Shown: positions 27,735 through 39,766 of the stretch, piece after piece | How the letters are laid out: every line of letters begins with the position of its first letter | How positions within the stretch are numbered: the stretch's first letter is position 1 | Assembly: GCA_035457005.1 (NCBI GenBank) | Contig: DATICB010000020.1 | Span: 2,109 to 66,108 of the forward strand | DNA from: Patescibacteria group bacterium | Lineage (GTDB): Bacteria > Patescibacteriota > Microgenomatia > Levybacterales > UBA12049 | DNA: 64,000 nucleotides | Direction of reading: 5' to 3' | Program-made: the position numbers and the translations under genes | Notes under the pieces: model-generated | Told to the model about the DNA's origin: nothing | Databases searched by the model: none | What the model saw: the letters and a program-made list of their open reading frames with translations, nothing else

Positions 27735-29318
27735 TTATAATCCCACATTGGCATCAACCAAACGACCAGAATGGTTGGAAAGAGATTTTCCGTTGGACTT
27801 TTCTGAAATGAGATTTGTGTGATTTTCGCTAAGATTACTCATTACTATTTGTGCAACTTCAACATCGGTAATTAGTCCAGCGCCTGTTTTGATTGCTCCT
27901 TTGCGGATTAATTTTCCGTCAGTAAATTCTTTACTTTCTTTAAACAATTTTCTTGTTGGAATATCGATAATTACATCAAACACTTTTTTATTCAACAAAT
28001 CTGCAATGTTGGGAGTTTCGCCAACTTCTGAAATTTTATGAACTAGTGCTGTCTGGACTCCTTTACTTTTTAAAAACTCATGGGTGTGTTCTGTCGCATA
28101 AAAAATTGCATTACCTGATTTGGCTAACAATTTGACAACTGGAAGTAATTGTCTTTTGTTTTCCACTCTACCAATCGAGAGAAGTATATGCTTTTTTTCA
28201 GGAATAATAATTGGCGCCTGTCCATAATGTTTTTTATTCCAATCCCCTGTCTGTAAATTAAGAAGATAGAAAAGCGATGCATTGCGAATATCTTTTTCTC
28301 CTAAAATATATTGCATGACGCGGTCATTACCTGCGCCATATCCTGCATGTGGATTTGTCCCTTTTTTCTCCATAATATCCAAGTACCATTTGAAATCTTC
28401 ATATCGCCCGCCTCTTTGGATATGCAACTTAAACATTGTTGATGTAATAAGTCTTTCGTTTAACTTTTCAAAATCGTGCTCTCTCACTGATGCGCCTGTT
28501 CCCTCTCCTGCATAGGGGAAAATGCAGTCTGCAGAAAGACATACTCTGCTGTCTTTACTTGATACTTTCATGTTAAAGAATTTAATTTCTTTTGGATATT
28601 TCATAATAAATACCGGTAGCTCCGTCTTGTCTTTTTTATTTAATACTTCAACAATTTTTGCTTCGTGGTTTGCCTTTAAATCGTCACCAAAAGAAACTTC
28701 TGGGTATCCATTGACATTGAGTAATTTCACTGCGTCTTCATAGCTAATACGGTGGAAATTATGAGTTGCAGCGTATCGAATTTTTTCAATATTTCTTTTG
28801 TATATAGTCTGAAGTATTTTTTCGTTGTCTTTAAGAATACCACTAAGCATACTCTGAATTGTTTCTTGAATATTAACGAGCAATGCTTCGTACATTTTAT
28901 CTTCATCGTATGTTTCGCGCGTCATACCAATGGTGGTACTGTCAAATTCTTCTTCTGTTAATCGAAATTGTCGTAAGTGTCTTTCGTCTTCTATTTCCTC
29001 ATCCCGTCCCGAATGAATAACAGTAAAAACACTTGGAAGACTTTGCAGCGCTTGTTCAAGTGCTAGCTGTCCTGTTTGAGTGAAGAAAAGCGGAATGTCG
29101 TTATGATTTCCTACTTTGAAAAGTGTATCAACATTTTCGCATGCACCAGTTATGCCAACAATCTCCGGGACATCAACATATGTTCTGCCCCTCTTGCGAT
29201 AACTGTCATACGCCCCTTTATTTAATGATTGATAGAAACCAACTAAATTGTTGAAATGTGTATTAAAGTCTAATTGTACTTTTTTATTTTCTACAGTTAG
29301 TTCAATTGCTTTTTTCAT
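27735..29318 (-). CDS. Class IIb aaRS (AsnRS-like) catalytic-domain paralog fused to an MGS-like domain
   Basis: TQTGQLALE, R.E....RHL..F, GE..GASVRE, PHAGYG.G.DR; no N-terminal OB domain; YATEHT..FL...G and DG..IR..AI at C-terminus. Confidence 0.85.
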   Translation of the reverse strand: MKKAIELTVENKKVQLDFNTHFNNLVGFYQSLNKGAYDSYRKRGRTYVDVPEIVGITGACENVDTLFKVGNHNDIPLFFTQTGQLALEQALQSLPSVFTVIHSGRDEEIEDERHLRQFRLTEEEFDSTTIGMTRETYDEDKMYEALLVNIQETIQSMLSGILKDNEKILQTIYKRNIEKIRYAATHNFHRISYEDAVKLLNVNGYPEVSFGDDLKANHEAKIVEVLNKKDKTELPVFIMKYPKEIKFFNMKVSSKDSRVCLSADCIFPYAGEGTGASVREHDFEKLNERLITSTMFKLHIQRGGRYEDFKWYLDIMEKKGTNPHAGYGAGNDRVMQYILGEKDIRNASLFYLLNLQTGDWNKKHYGQAPIIIPEKKHILLSIGRVENKRQLLPVVKLLAKSGNAIFYATEHTHEFLKSKGVQTALVHKISEVGETPNIADLLNKKVFDVIIDIPTRKLFKESKEFTDGKLIRKGAIKTGAGLITDVEVAQIVMSNLSENHTNLISEKSNGKSLSNHSGRLVDANVGL

Positions 29319-29343
29319 GTTTTTTATTTTGTCAATTTTGGTC

Positions 29344-29368
29344 AAAAAAAAGAGCCGAAACGGCTCTT
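29344..29368 (-). terminator. Leader terminator AAGAGCCG-ttt-CGGCTCTT plus T6
   Basis: Perfect 8-bp stem 25 nt upstream of the first operon gene. Confidence 0.85.
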
Positions 29369-29423
29369 ATATGTTTTGCGCTTTTGCGAAAATCTTTATT
29401 TTTTTATTTTTACAAGTTGTCAT
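29367..29423 (-). CDS. Putative leader peptide, 18 aa (MTTCKNKKIKIFAKAQNI)
   Basis: TTGACA-17-TAATGT promoter, AAGGAG SD, stop at base of terminator stem. Confidence 0.65.
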   Translation of the reverse strand: MTTCKNKKIKIFAKAQNI

Positions 29424-29496
29424 TTTTTTATCTCCTTGAATAACATTAAAGAGTTTTGAAAACCTTGTCAATAGATCAAAAGAGTACTTAAAGGGG

Positions 29497-30351
29497 TCAA
29501 TTTTCTATAGAATGCTCTGCAGCACTGACAACATTTTCAAGAAGACAGGCAACGTTGACCGGTCCCACACCGCCCGGTGTCGGTGTATACCAACCAGCAA
29601 TATCTTTTATTTTTTCTTCATTGTAGTCTCCATAAAATTTTCCATCATCCCCTCTTGTCATGCCAACATTTAAAAGAATAACATCTTTTTTAATCATGTC
29701 TTTTGTCAAAACACCTGGCTTCCCAACAGCAGTAATAATGATATCTGCTTTTTTAGCGATGTCTTCTGGATTTTTTGTTTGAGAGTCAATCACTGTTGGC
29801 TCTACTCCCCTATTTTGAAATTCTTTAATAATTGGTGTCCCACCTGTTGTACCTTTGCCCATAACAACAATATGTTTGCTGAGTAACCATTCATTGAATG
29901 ACTCACCTGTTGTGATTGTTTCTTTTATCATTGGCACTTCTAAAAGTTTCATAATTGCTGCAGCAATAGGGACAGTAAATGGTGAATTAGGAGTGAACCC
30001 ATCAACGTCTTTTTTAGGGTCTATAGAGTTAATAAGTTTTTGTTCATTCAAATTTTTTGGAATTGGGAGCTGAAGAATAATGCCGTGAATATCGCCATTT
30101 TTCTGCAGAAAATCAATTGTCTCCTTGAGCTTTTCCTGTGATATATTTTCCGGATGTTTATAGACACTTACTAAAGTGCCAATTTCTTTTGCTCTTTTTT
30201 CTTTCTGTAAAACATAAGAGACTGTTTCTGGATTTTCACCGACCATAACAACAGCTAAATGCGGCATAATCCCCTTTTCGGCAAGCGCGTCAACACGGAT
30301 AATCAGCTCTGCTAGCAAATGATTAGCAACCGTACGGCCATCTAAAATCAT
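29497..30351 (-). CDS. folD: Methylenetetrahydrofolate dehydrogenase/cyclohydrolase
   Basis: YV..K, GIILQLP, KDVDG, ADIIITAVG, TPTPGGVGP. Confidence 0.95.
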   Translation of the reverse strand: MILDGRTVANHLLAELIIRVDALAEKGIMPHLAVVMVGENPETVSYVLQKEKRAKEIGTLVSVYKHPENISQEKLKETIDFLQKNGDIHGIILQLPIPKNLNEQKLINSIDPKKDVDGFTPNSPFTVPIAAAIMKLLEVPMIKETITTGESFNEWLLSKHIVVMGKGTTGGTPIIKEFQNRGVEPTVIDSQTKNPEDIAKKADIIITAVGKPGVLTKDMIKKDVILLNVGMTRGDDGKFYGDYNEEKIKDIAGWYTPTPGGVGPVNVACLLENVVSAAEHSIEN

Positions 30352-30372
30352 GTGGATATTATAGCAGAATTA

Positions 30373-30577
30373 TTATTGCAGGTGCTCTAGAGCTGTAATT
30401 CTCTTGTCGTGATTTTTAATTTCATCTTCAATTTCCTTATCTTTTTCATGCCATGATTTGTTCTTGCCTGATTGTCTTAAGCTGTTCAACGACACCATCT
30501 AGTCGTTCAAAAATATCATTTTTCAAGTTCCCTATTGCTTTGTCAAATTTCTCTTCAGAAACAGGATTTTGTTTCAT
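30373..30577 (-). pseudogene. Small coiled-coil gene split by an apparent frameshift near 30451
   Basis: Frame 1 MKQNPV...KTIRQEQIMA-stop; adjacent frame continues HEKDKEIEDEIKNHDKRITALEHLQ-stop; TATAGT 6 nt before ATG. Confidence 0.5.
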
Positions 30578-30612
30578 AAATTCACTATAAAAGAATGCTA
30601 ACAAAGCGTCAA

Positions 30613-33093
30613 CTATTCTACGCAGGTTATTGAAGCAACATGATCATTGGCTTTAGAAAATCTCATGAGAATAACCCCTTGTGTTGCGCGAGATAATTTT
30701 GGAATAGATGCTAGCTCGAGTTGCACAACTTGTCCCTTTTTGGATGTAATAATAACGCTGTTACTTGTTGGTGGAATAACCTGTGATACAGCAACTTTTC
30801 CTGTTTTCTCTGTGACATTGGCGACTTTTACTCCCATGCCGCCTCTTGTCTGTCCTCTAAATTCACTGGCTAGTGTTTTTTTACCAAGACCATTTTCCAT
30901 AATTGTCAAAAGGAGCGCATCTTTGTCATCGTGATGGACAATATCCATGCTAATCACTTCGTCAGTTGAGCTAATTTTTATTCCTCTCACGCCTTGTGTT
31001 GCACGGCCCATCGACCTAACCTGTTTTTCGTTAAATCGAATTGCTTTCCCTTCTTTGGTAACAAGCAAAACTTCATCATCGTCTGATGTTAAATTACTCC
31101 AGACCAATTCGTCTCCTTTATCTAATTTTATTGCAACAATTCCTGATTTTCTAATATTTTCAAATTCACTGACTTTCGATTTTTTCACTGTTCCATTTCT
31201 TGTTGTCAGGAAGACATACGTATCTTTTAATTTTCCTTGGTAATTAATAAATGATTCAATCTTTTCTCCTGCTTCAATATTAAGCAAATTAACAATTGCA
31301 CTGCCCTTGGATGTTCGACTGCTTTCTGCAATTTCGTATGCTTTCAGCTGATATACTTTTCCTTTGTTGGTAAAGAAAAGAAGATTGTCATGTGTTTGGG
31401 CATAACGAATGCTTAAAATGTCGTCTTCTTCTTTTGTTGTCATTCCTTTTACTCCCTTGCCTCCCCTATTTTGCGTATGGAAAGAATTTGTTGATTGTCT
31501 CTTTATATACCCAGTATTGGTAATAGTGATAACAGTTGGCTCGTTAGGAATTAAATCTTCTTCGGAGAATTCATCGACTTTTCCTTTGTACACTTTTGTT
31601 CGTCTTTCATCACCATATTTTTCTTTAAGATGGGTCAACTCTTCAGCAACAACTTTTAAGATTTTTTCAGGATGCGAGAGTAAATCTTCCAAATAAGCAA
31701 TGGTTTCTTTTACCATTAAAAGCTCTTCTTCAATTTTCTGTCTTTCAAGTGCAGCAAGACGCCTTAATTGCATGTCTAAAATTGCAGTTGCTTGAAGTTC
31801 GGACAATTTAAATTTCTCCATTAAATTCTTCTTTGCTTCTTCCTGATCTTTTGATTCACGAATTGTTTTAATAACAGCATCAATATGATCAACGGCAATT
31901 TTTAGTCCTTCTAAAATATGCAGCCGTGCTTTTGCTTGTCTTAATTCAAACTCACTTCTTCTGGTAATAACAATAAATCGATGTTTAAGATATTCTTCAA
32001 GAATGACTTTGAGTGTTAAGGTTTGGGGTGTGCCATCAACGAGTGCAACAATGTTTCCTGGGAAAGATGTTTGCAAACTGGTGTGTTTGAATAAATTGTT
32101 TAACACCTTTTTAGGTGCTGCATCTCTTTTTAACTCAACAACAATTCTAAGTCCATGTCTGTCTGATTCATCACGCAAATCGGTAATACCTTCAATTTTT
32201 TTCTCCTTTGCCAAATCAGCAATTCTTGCAACTAAAAGTGCTTTATTTACCTGATATGGTAATTCGGTAATTATAATGGCGCTTTTTCCTTGTCCAATTT
32301 CTTCGATTTCTGCTTTACCCCGGATAATAATTTTTCCTTTTCCTGTTGTGTACAAATTTCTAATTTCTGTTTGGTCATACAAAGCGCCCCTAGTTGGGAA
32401 ATCAGGGCCTTTAATATGTTCTAAAAGCTCTTCTATAGTAATTTCTGTTGTTAGCTTAACACCGTGTTTTTCCGATGTATCTTTGGTGATTTTTGTTTTG
32501 GCAATTACTGCATGAATTGCATCAATCACTTCGGACAAATTATGTGGAGGAATTTTGGTTGCCATACCAACAGCAATTCCCTCTGCTCCCATAAGAAGCA
32601 AATTAGGAAGTTTGGCTGGAAGATAGACTGGCTCTTGTCTGCTGGAGTCAAAATTTGGCCTGGTATCAACGGTTTCTTTGTCCAAATCCCAAAGCATTTC
32701 AGACGTGATTGCTGCCATTCTTGCCTCGGTATAACGCATAGCAGCCGGTGGATCACCATCTAAAGAACCAAAGTTTCCCTGTCCATCAACCAAAGGATAT
32801 CGCATGGAAAAATCCTGTGCCAAACGAACCATTGCATCGTAGACTGGGACATCTCCATGTGGATGATATTTTCCCAACACTTCTCCAACAACCGTTGCGG
32901 ACTTTTTATATTTGGATGAGTGATCCAGACCCATCTCATTCATAGCAAAAAGAATGCGTCTATGAACTGGTTTTAGTCCGTCTCTCACGTCAGGAAGTGC
33001 GCGGTCGACAATGACAGACATAGCGTAATCCAAATACGCCCGTTTCATTTCTATTGTCAGTTCTGCTTTTTGCAGTGTGCCGATATCTACCAT
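30613..33093 (-). CDS. gyrA: DNA gyrase subunit A
   Basis: [22 protein letters not shown], GyrA box QNRGGKG. Confidence 0.99.
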   Translation of the reverse strand: MVDIGTLQKAELTIEMKRAYLDYAMSVIVDRALPDVRDGLKPVHRRILFAMNEMGLDHSSKYKKSATVVGEVLGKYHPHGDVPVYDAMVRLAQDFSMRYPLVDGQGNFGSLDGDPPAAMRYTEARMAAITSEMLWDLDKETVDTRPNFDSSRQEPVYLPAKLPNLLLMGAEGIAVGMATKIPPHNLSEVIDAIHAVIAKTKITKDTSEKHGVKLTTEITIEELLEHIKGPDFPTRGALYDQTEIRNLYTTGKGKIIIRGKAEIEEIGQGKSAIIITELPYQVNKALLVARIADLAKEKKIEGITDLRDESDRHGLRIVVELKRDAAPKKVLNNLFKHTSLQTSFPGNIVALVDGTPQTLTLKVILEEYLKHRFIVITRRSEFELRQAKARLHILEGLKIAVDHIDAVIKTIRESKDQEEAKKNLMEKFKLSELQATAILDMQLRRLAALERQKIEEELLMVKETIAYLEDLLSHPEKILKVVAEELTHLKEKYGDERRTKVYKGKVDEFSEEDLIPNEPTVITITNTGYIKRQSTNSFHTQNRGGKGVKGMTTKEEDDILSIRYAQTHDNLLFFTNKGKVYQLKAYEIAESSRTSKGSAIVNLLNIEAGEKIESFINYQGKLKDTYVFLTTRNGTVKKSKVSEFENIRKSGIVAIKLDKGDELVWSNLTSDDDEVLLVTKEGKAIRFNEKQVRSMGRATQGVRGIKISSTDEVISMDIVHHDDKDALLLTIMENGLGKKTLASEFRGQTRGGMGVKVANVTEKTGKVAVSQVIPPTSNSVIITSKKGQVVQLELASIPKLSRATQGVILMRFSKANDHVASITCVE

Positions 33094-33099
33094 ACAAAG

Positions 33100-33642
33100 T
33101 TATTTGGAGAAGCCTTCTTTTTCGAAGCGTTCAATACACTCGCAGACTATTTTTTTCGCTTCCTCGACATCTCCCCACCCAAGCACTTTTGTTGTGCCGG
33201 GTTTTTTTAAATCCTTATAGTGCGCAAAGTGAAATTCAATTTTTTGCTTCCAACGGCTACCCAAATCATCGAGTGTTTTGATACTGTCTCCTGTATTTCT
33301 GTCATCATCTGGGACACAAACAATCTTGTAGTCCATTTCCCCATCGTCTTCAAAATTAAAAATACCAAGAATTTTTCCGTGAACAAGTGTTCCTGTTGGG
33401 ATTGGTTCGTGACACACCATTAAGACATCTAATTCATCTCCATCGGTGTCTTTTGTTGCGGGAATAAATCCGTAATTAACGGGCTTAGGGAAAACATCTG
33501 GCTCGACTCGATCGAGCATAAACATACCGTTGGTCCGATCATATTCAATCTTTAAAGAAGACCCTTGCGGAATATCAATAACTGCATTAACAAATCCTTC
33601 GTCTACTTTTCCTGGGGTGAGTGTTTTATTAAAATCCATCAT
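33100..33642 (-). CDS. ppa: Inorganic pyrophosphatase, family I
   Basis: KIEYD, NYGFIP, DGDELDV, DDGEMDYKI, HYKDL. Confidence 0.95.
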   Translation of the reverse strand: MMDFNKTLTPGKVDEGFVNAVIDIPQGSSLKIEYDRTNGMFMLDRVEPDVFPKPVNYGFIPATKDTDGDELDVLMVCHEPIPTGTLVHGKILGIFNFEDDGEMDYKIVCVPDDDRNTGDSIKTLDDLGSRWKQKIEFHFAHYKDLKKPGTTKVLGWGDVEEAKKIVCECIERFEKEGFSK

Positions 33643-33664
33643 AAGATTTAGTTATAGTATACTG

Positions 33665-33731
33665 TTCTTGTTCGAGCTTGTCGAGAACTATTTTAAAACT
33701 TCTCGACTCGTTTCACTCACTCGAAGAAGAA
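33665..33731. repeat. REP-like imperfect palindrome
   Basis: TTCGAG/CTCGAA and GTCGAGAA/TTCTCGAC nested stems. Confidence 0.6.
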
Positions 33732-33732
33732 G

Positions 33733-34182
33733 CTACATTTTATATTCCTGTCTTGGGTTATCTGGAAAATTTTTTTCGTCAAACAAAACAAATAAAGTTG
33801 GTTTTATGTGATACACCATGTGTCCATCTGTCCCATCTTGAATTTTTTTCTTTCTTTCTTCTCCCATTTTCATTCTTGTTGCATAGGTTTTTAGTCCATG
33901 TTCTCCATCTTGTTTTTCTAATTTTTTTGCAATTCCTTGAAATTGTATGCCCCTTACTTCGTCTCCTGGTGTATGGGGTAAAACAATTGTACCGGCAACT
34001 TTCTCATTTATTGCAATTTCTTGGGAATGTCTTCTTTCTGGCTTGGATAACCAATATAAATTAAGCTTATCATCATAAGCAAAATAAACAGTGCAGACCC
34101 AAGGTTGATTGTCTTTTGCAGTTGCAACCTGCATAAGGCGTGCACTTTCTAAATACTCAGTAATCAGCTGCTTAATATCCAT
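33733..34182 (-). CDS. Pyridoxamine 5'-phosphate oxidase-like FMN-binding protein (YhbP-like)
   Basis: MQVAT...PWVCTVYF, RRHS.EI..N.KVAGTI, RGIQFQG. Confidence 0.85.
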   Translation of the reverse strand: MDIKQLITEYLESARLMQVATAKDNQPWVCTVYFAYDDKLNLYWLSKPERRHSQEIAINEKVAGTIVLPHTPGDEVRGIQFQGIAKKLEKQDGEHGLKTYATRMKMGEERKKKIQDGTDGHMVYHIKPTLFVLFDEKNFPDNPRQEYKM

Positions 34183-34221
34183 AGCTTTATATATCAAGAT
34201 TTGCACTGGTCGTCCACAGGA

Positions 34222-36177
<1,956 letters not shown>

Positions 36178-36237
36178 CTAACATAGACGTTTTACTTGAG
36201 CAATGTACTATAGTAAAAATCAAAAAGATCCTGTAGT

Positions 36238-36831
36238 TTACACATTTTCAAGACTACGCCAAAGGTACCAACATGCGTTACTTCGGTATGGTTGCCACAT
36301 TTTGGATAATTCCAGCATCTTTTGTTGATCTGTTATTCCATAGAGCTTGGTTATTGCATTGCGAAGTCCTAAATCGCCAACAGAAAAAACATCTGGCCTG
36401 TTGAGTGTAAAGATAAGAATCATTTCTGCGGTCCACTTCCCTACTCCGCGAATTTGGGTAAGAGCGACAATAACCTCGTCATCAGTCATCTTTTGTATCT
36501 TTTTTACATCTATGAGGCCACTCACAAATGCATCCGCAACACTTTTTATGTATGAAATTTTCTGAAAAGAAATACCTGCTAATCGAATGGTTTCATCAGG
36601 CATACGAAGAATTTGCTGCGGGGTGGGAAAGGTGGTGTCATTTTGTTGCCTCCCTTGTTTTTTAAACAATTCAACAAATCTTTTATAAATAGTGTCAGAT
36701 GCTTTTACTGAAAGCTGTTGGGAAATAATTGACTCAATAAGATTTTCATATAATTTCTCTGTCCTATCTGCAAAATGGGGCTTAGGATATTTTGCAACCA
36801 ATTGTTGCATGATAGGATCTGTAAATTTCAT
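36238..36831 (-). CDS. DNA-3-methyladenine glycosylase, AlkA/HhH-GPD family
   Basis: IISQQLS, IRGVGKWTAEM, GDLGLR, WQPYRS. Confidence 0.92.
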   Translation of the reverse strand: MKFTDPIMQQLVAKYPKPHFADRTEKLYENLIESIISQQLSVKASDTIYKRFVELFKKQGRQQNDTTFPTPQQILRMPDETIRLAGISFQKISYIKSVADAFVSGLIDVKKIQKMTDDEVIVALTQIRGVGKWTAEMILIFTLNRPDVFSVGDLGLRNAITKLYGITDQQKMLELSKMWQPYRSNACWYLWRSLENV

Positions 36832-37481
36832 TGCAAGAGAAAATGTTCCAGAATCATTCGCGGTGAAACATTGGTTGTTTGGAATATTTTGTATGCTTGC
36901 AAGAGGCGTTCTATTGCTTTCACTATTTGCGTGTCATTTGGATTTTCTAGCATCTGTTGACGAGCAAGCATGATACTTTCTTCAAACCACAGGGCAAGTT
37001 TGTCTTTGTCTGCGGCCAAATCTTCGGCCAAGGCAAGACGATCGGCAATCGACCCTTTCTCTATTTCGCTCAGTTGATTTAGTATTTTGTTTTTCCTATC
37101 GTCATCGAGTCCTTGCGCTGCGTGTTCTATCTTGTATGCGCGACATCTACTGACAATTGTTGGAAGCATTGTCGCATCGGTTGTTGCAGAAAGAATAAGA
37201 GTGGTATGTGCTGGTGGCTCTTCGAGTATTTTCAGGAGTGCATTTTGTGCTTCTGGGGTAAGAAGCTGTGCGTTGTTAAGAATAATACATTTTTCCAAGC
37301 CATGAGAGGGTGCAAGATATGCTGTTTTTTGCATAGTTCGTATATCTTCGATGCCAAAAGATGCTGTCTGCGGCTCCAAAAGCTGTTTATCAAAAGGAGA
37401 AATCTTCTGCTTTGTGCAGAATGATGCAATATACTCATTGCGCCTTTCCTGCGATTTGCCAATAAGAAGTATGCTTTGCAT
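36828..37481 (-). CDS. holB: DNA polymerase III delta-prime-like subunit, short form
   Basis: AQNALLKILEEPP, PTIVSRC. Confidence 0.8.
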   Translation of the reverse strand: MQSILLIGKSQERRNEYIASFCTKQKISPFDKQLLEPQTASFGIEDIRTMQKTAYLAPSHGLEKCIILNNAQLLTPEAQNALLKILEEPPAHTTLILSATTDATMLPTIVSRCRAYKIEHAAQGLDDDRKNKILNQLSEIEKGSIADRLALAEDLAADKDKLALWFEESIMLARQQMLENPNDTQIVKAIERLLQAYKIFQTTNVSPRMILEHFLLQ

Positions 37482-37535
37482 AATAGTAGCTAAGTGATTA
37501 TAGAAATTTTGCATCTTTTTTGCTAGGCTTGCTTT

Positions 37536-37739
37536 ATGACAGATTCTGACGGTCCTCTTGGTCGTGAGTTTCGAGAATTTGACGGCCAAATAAGGAGAGA
37601 AATAATGAAGTTAGAGAGGGAAATGGGATTAATTGGCGGAGAGCATGACGGTGAAAGTTCGGGTGGCCGGATGAAAAGAAAAATTAGAGAAGGACTAAGG
37701 GATGTAGGGAGAAGATTGGGTTTTGGTAGGAATAGATAG
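37536..37739 (+). CDS. Small Arg/Gly/Glu-rich orphan, 67 aa
   Basis: TGcTAGGCT 6 nt before ATG. Confidence 0.55.
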   Translation: MTDSDGPLGREFREFDGQIRREIMKLEREMGLIGGEHDGESSGGRMKRKIREGLRDVGRRLGFGRNR

Positions 37740-37753
37740 TAAAGCTTTCTTCA

Positions 37754-37782
37754 TTGACACAACTTCAAAGGTTAACTACTAT
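37754..37782 (+). promoter_or_regulatory. pilB promoter TTGACA-17-TACTAT
   Basis: Near-consensus boxes, ATG 7 nt downstream. Confidence 0.8.
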
Positions 37783-37789
37783 AAAAGTA

Positions 37790-39691
37790 ATGCCCGATCA
37801 GCAACCAGTTCCGCAGGGAAATCCTGTTGGAGCAAATCCCTCAGTTGTCACTCCTTTAGTGAGTGTGTCTCCTGCTGTGCAGCAGCCTATCAATGCAGCA
37901 ACACCAGTAACTCCAACTGTTCAGCAAGCAACGCCGGAACTTAGGCCACCAGCAATAAGCCAGCAACCCTTTGTATCAAGTAGTCAACCGGAGACAAATG
38001 TTGTCGACGCACTTTTCCGACAAGGGCTACTCACTAAACAACAATATGACGAGATTAAGTTAAAAAGCGCGACAACCAATAAGTCAGCAGACGAAATTTT
38101 GCAGGAAATGCACATTGTTGATCCTGAAAAAATTGCAGAAGTAAAGGCAACGCTTTTAGGCGTCCCTTACATTAATTTATCTACTGCTTCTTTTTCTCCA
38201 GAAGCTTTAAGTTTTATTCCACGTGCTGTTGTTGAGCGTTTTCAACTTATCCCCTTTTTATACGACGACAAAGCAAAAGTTTTATCTGTTGCAATGAGTG
38301 ATCCTTCGGATTTGGACGCAATCAGCTTTATTCAGCAAAAAACAGGTCTTACCATAAAAACATTTGCCGCATCTGCAGATGATGTAAAAAGTGCCATATC
38401 TGCACAGTATCGCCAAGAATTGGTAGGAGAAGTCGGAAAAGCAGTTAAGGAGACAGAAGAATTGCACGAAACCAATGAAGCCAAAACAGTAGACAGCTCC
38501 CAAATAGGTCAGATTATTAAAGAAGCACCAATTGCAAAAATTGTCGCAACCATTTTGGAATATGCAGTCAATTCTCGCGCATCCGATGTGCATATCGAGC
38601 CAATGGAAGACAGAGTACGAGTGAGGTATCGCATTGACGGCATTTTGTACGATAGACTAAGTCTTCCAAAATCAGTGCAGGATGCCGTGATCTCGCGTAT
38701 CAAAGTGCTTTCTGAAATGAAAATTGATGAACACCGAACGCCGCAGGATGGAAGATTTAATTTTAAAGTTGGTAATCAAGAGGTTGATCTTCGTATTTCT
38801 GTTTTACCTACAGTACATGGCGAGAAAATCGTTATGAGACTTCTTCGCAAATCAGGAGGCATTCCTACACTTCCTGAATTGGGACTTAATGGAACATCAC
38901 TCAAAGAATTGGAAACAGCAATTCTTCGCCCGCACGGCATTATTTTAGTCTGCGGGCCTACGGGATCTGGAAAAACAACGACATTGTACGCAGTGCTGGC
39001 CAAGCTCAATACAACGCGTGTGAATATTGTTTCTTTGGAAGATCCGGTTGAGTACGAAATTCCCGGAGTCAATCAGGTGCAAATTAATCCTGCTGTGGGA
39101 CTTACGTTTGCCGATGGACTCAGAAGTTTCCTGCGTCAGGATCCTAATATTATTCTTGTTGGAGAAATTCGGGATAGTGAGACAACAGATTTGGCAATTC
39201 AGGCAGCGCTCACCGGTCATTTGGTTTTTTCAACACTTCATACATCAGATGCGGCAGGTGCCCTCCCTCGTCTTATTGATTTAGGAGCAGAAACATTTCT
39301 TTTAGCATCAACGATTACCGCTGTTATGGGACAAAGAATTGTGAGAAAAATTTGCCCAAATTGCAAAGAATCCTACATACCAGCACCTCAGCTTGTTGAG
39401 GAAATCAAAAAAGAACTCGGTCCGCTCATGCCGCAAGGGGAGATAAAGCTCTACAAAGGAAAAGGATGCAGTGAATGCGGTGATTCAGGTTATATAGGCA
39501 GAGTTGGTATTTTTGAAGTCCTCACGGTTACTGAAAAAATTGCTCATCTTATTTTGCAACGGGCAGATGCAGAAGCAATAGAAAAACAGGCGGTAGTAGA
39601 GGGTATGATTACCATGAAGCAGGATGGATACTTAAAAGTGTTGGCGGGTGTAACAACGATAGAAGAAGTGTTGCGTGTTGCGCAGGAATAA
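37790..39691 (+). CDS. pilB: Type IV pilus assembly ATPase
   Basis: ASDVHIEP, GPTGSGKTT, EDPVEY, LRQDP, HT, CPNC/CSEC; Pro/Gln-rich N-terminus. Confidence 0.96.
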   Translation: MPDQQPVPQGNPVGANPSVVTPLVSVSPAVQQPINAATPVTPTVQQATPELRPPAISQQPFVSSSQPETNVVDALFRQGLLTKQQYDEIKLKSATTNKSADEILQEMHIVDPEKIAEVKATLLGVPYINLSTASFSPEALSFIPRAVVERFQLIPFLYDDKAKVLSVAMSDPSDLDAISFIQQKTGLTIKTFAASADDVKSAISAQYRQELVGEVGKAVKETEELHETNEAKTVDSSQIGQIIKEAPIAKIVATILEYAVNSRASDVHIEPMEDRVRVRYRIDGILYDRLSLPKSVQDAVISRIKVLSEMKIDEHRTPQDGRFNFKVGNQEVDLRISVLPTVHGEKIVMRLLRKSGGIPTLPELGLNGTSLKELETAILRPHGIILVCGPTGSGKTTTLYAVLAKLNTTRVNIVSLEDPVEYEIPGVNQVQINPAVGLTFADGLRSFLRQDPNIILVGEIRDSETTDLAIQAALTGHLVFSTLHTSDAAGALPRLIDLGAETFLLASTITAVMGQRIVRKICPNCKESYIPAPQLVEEIKKELGPLMPQGEIKLYKGKGCSECGDSGYIGRVGIFEVLTVTEKIAHLILQRADAEAIEKQAVVEGMITMKQDGYLKVLAGVTTIEEVLRVAQE

Positions 39692-39766
39692 TCTTGCATA
39701 GGGCAATTGAGCCTGGAGAATAACTTAAGCACTAAACTCTTAGCTCTTTGCTATACTGAAAGTATT

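Noticed and set aside
27735-29318. Ordinary asnS
   Set aside because: No anticodon-binding domain, extra MGS domain, pyr operon context.
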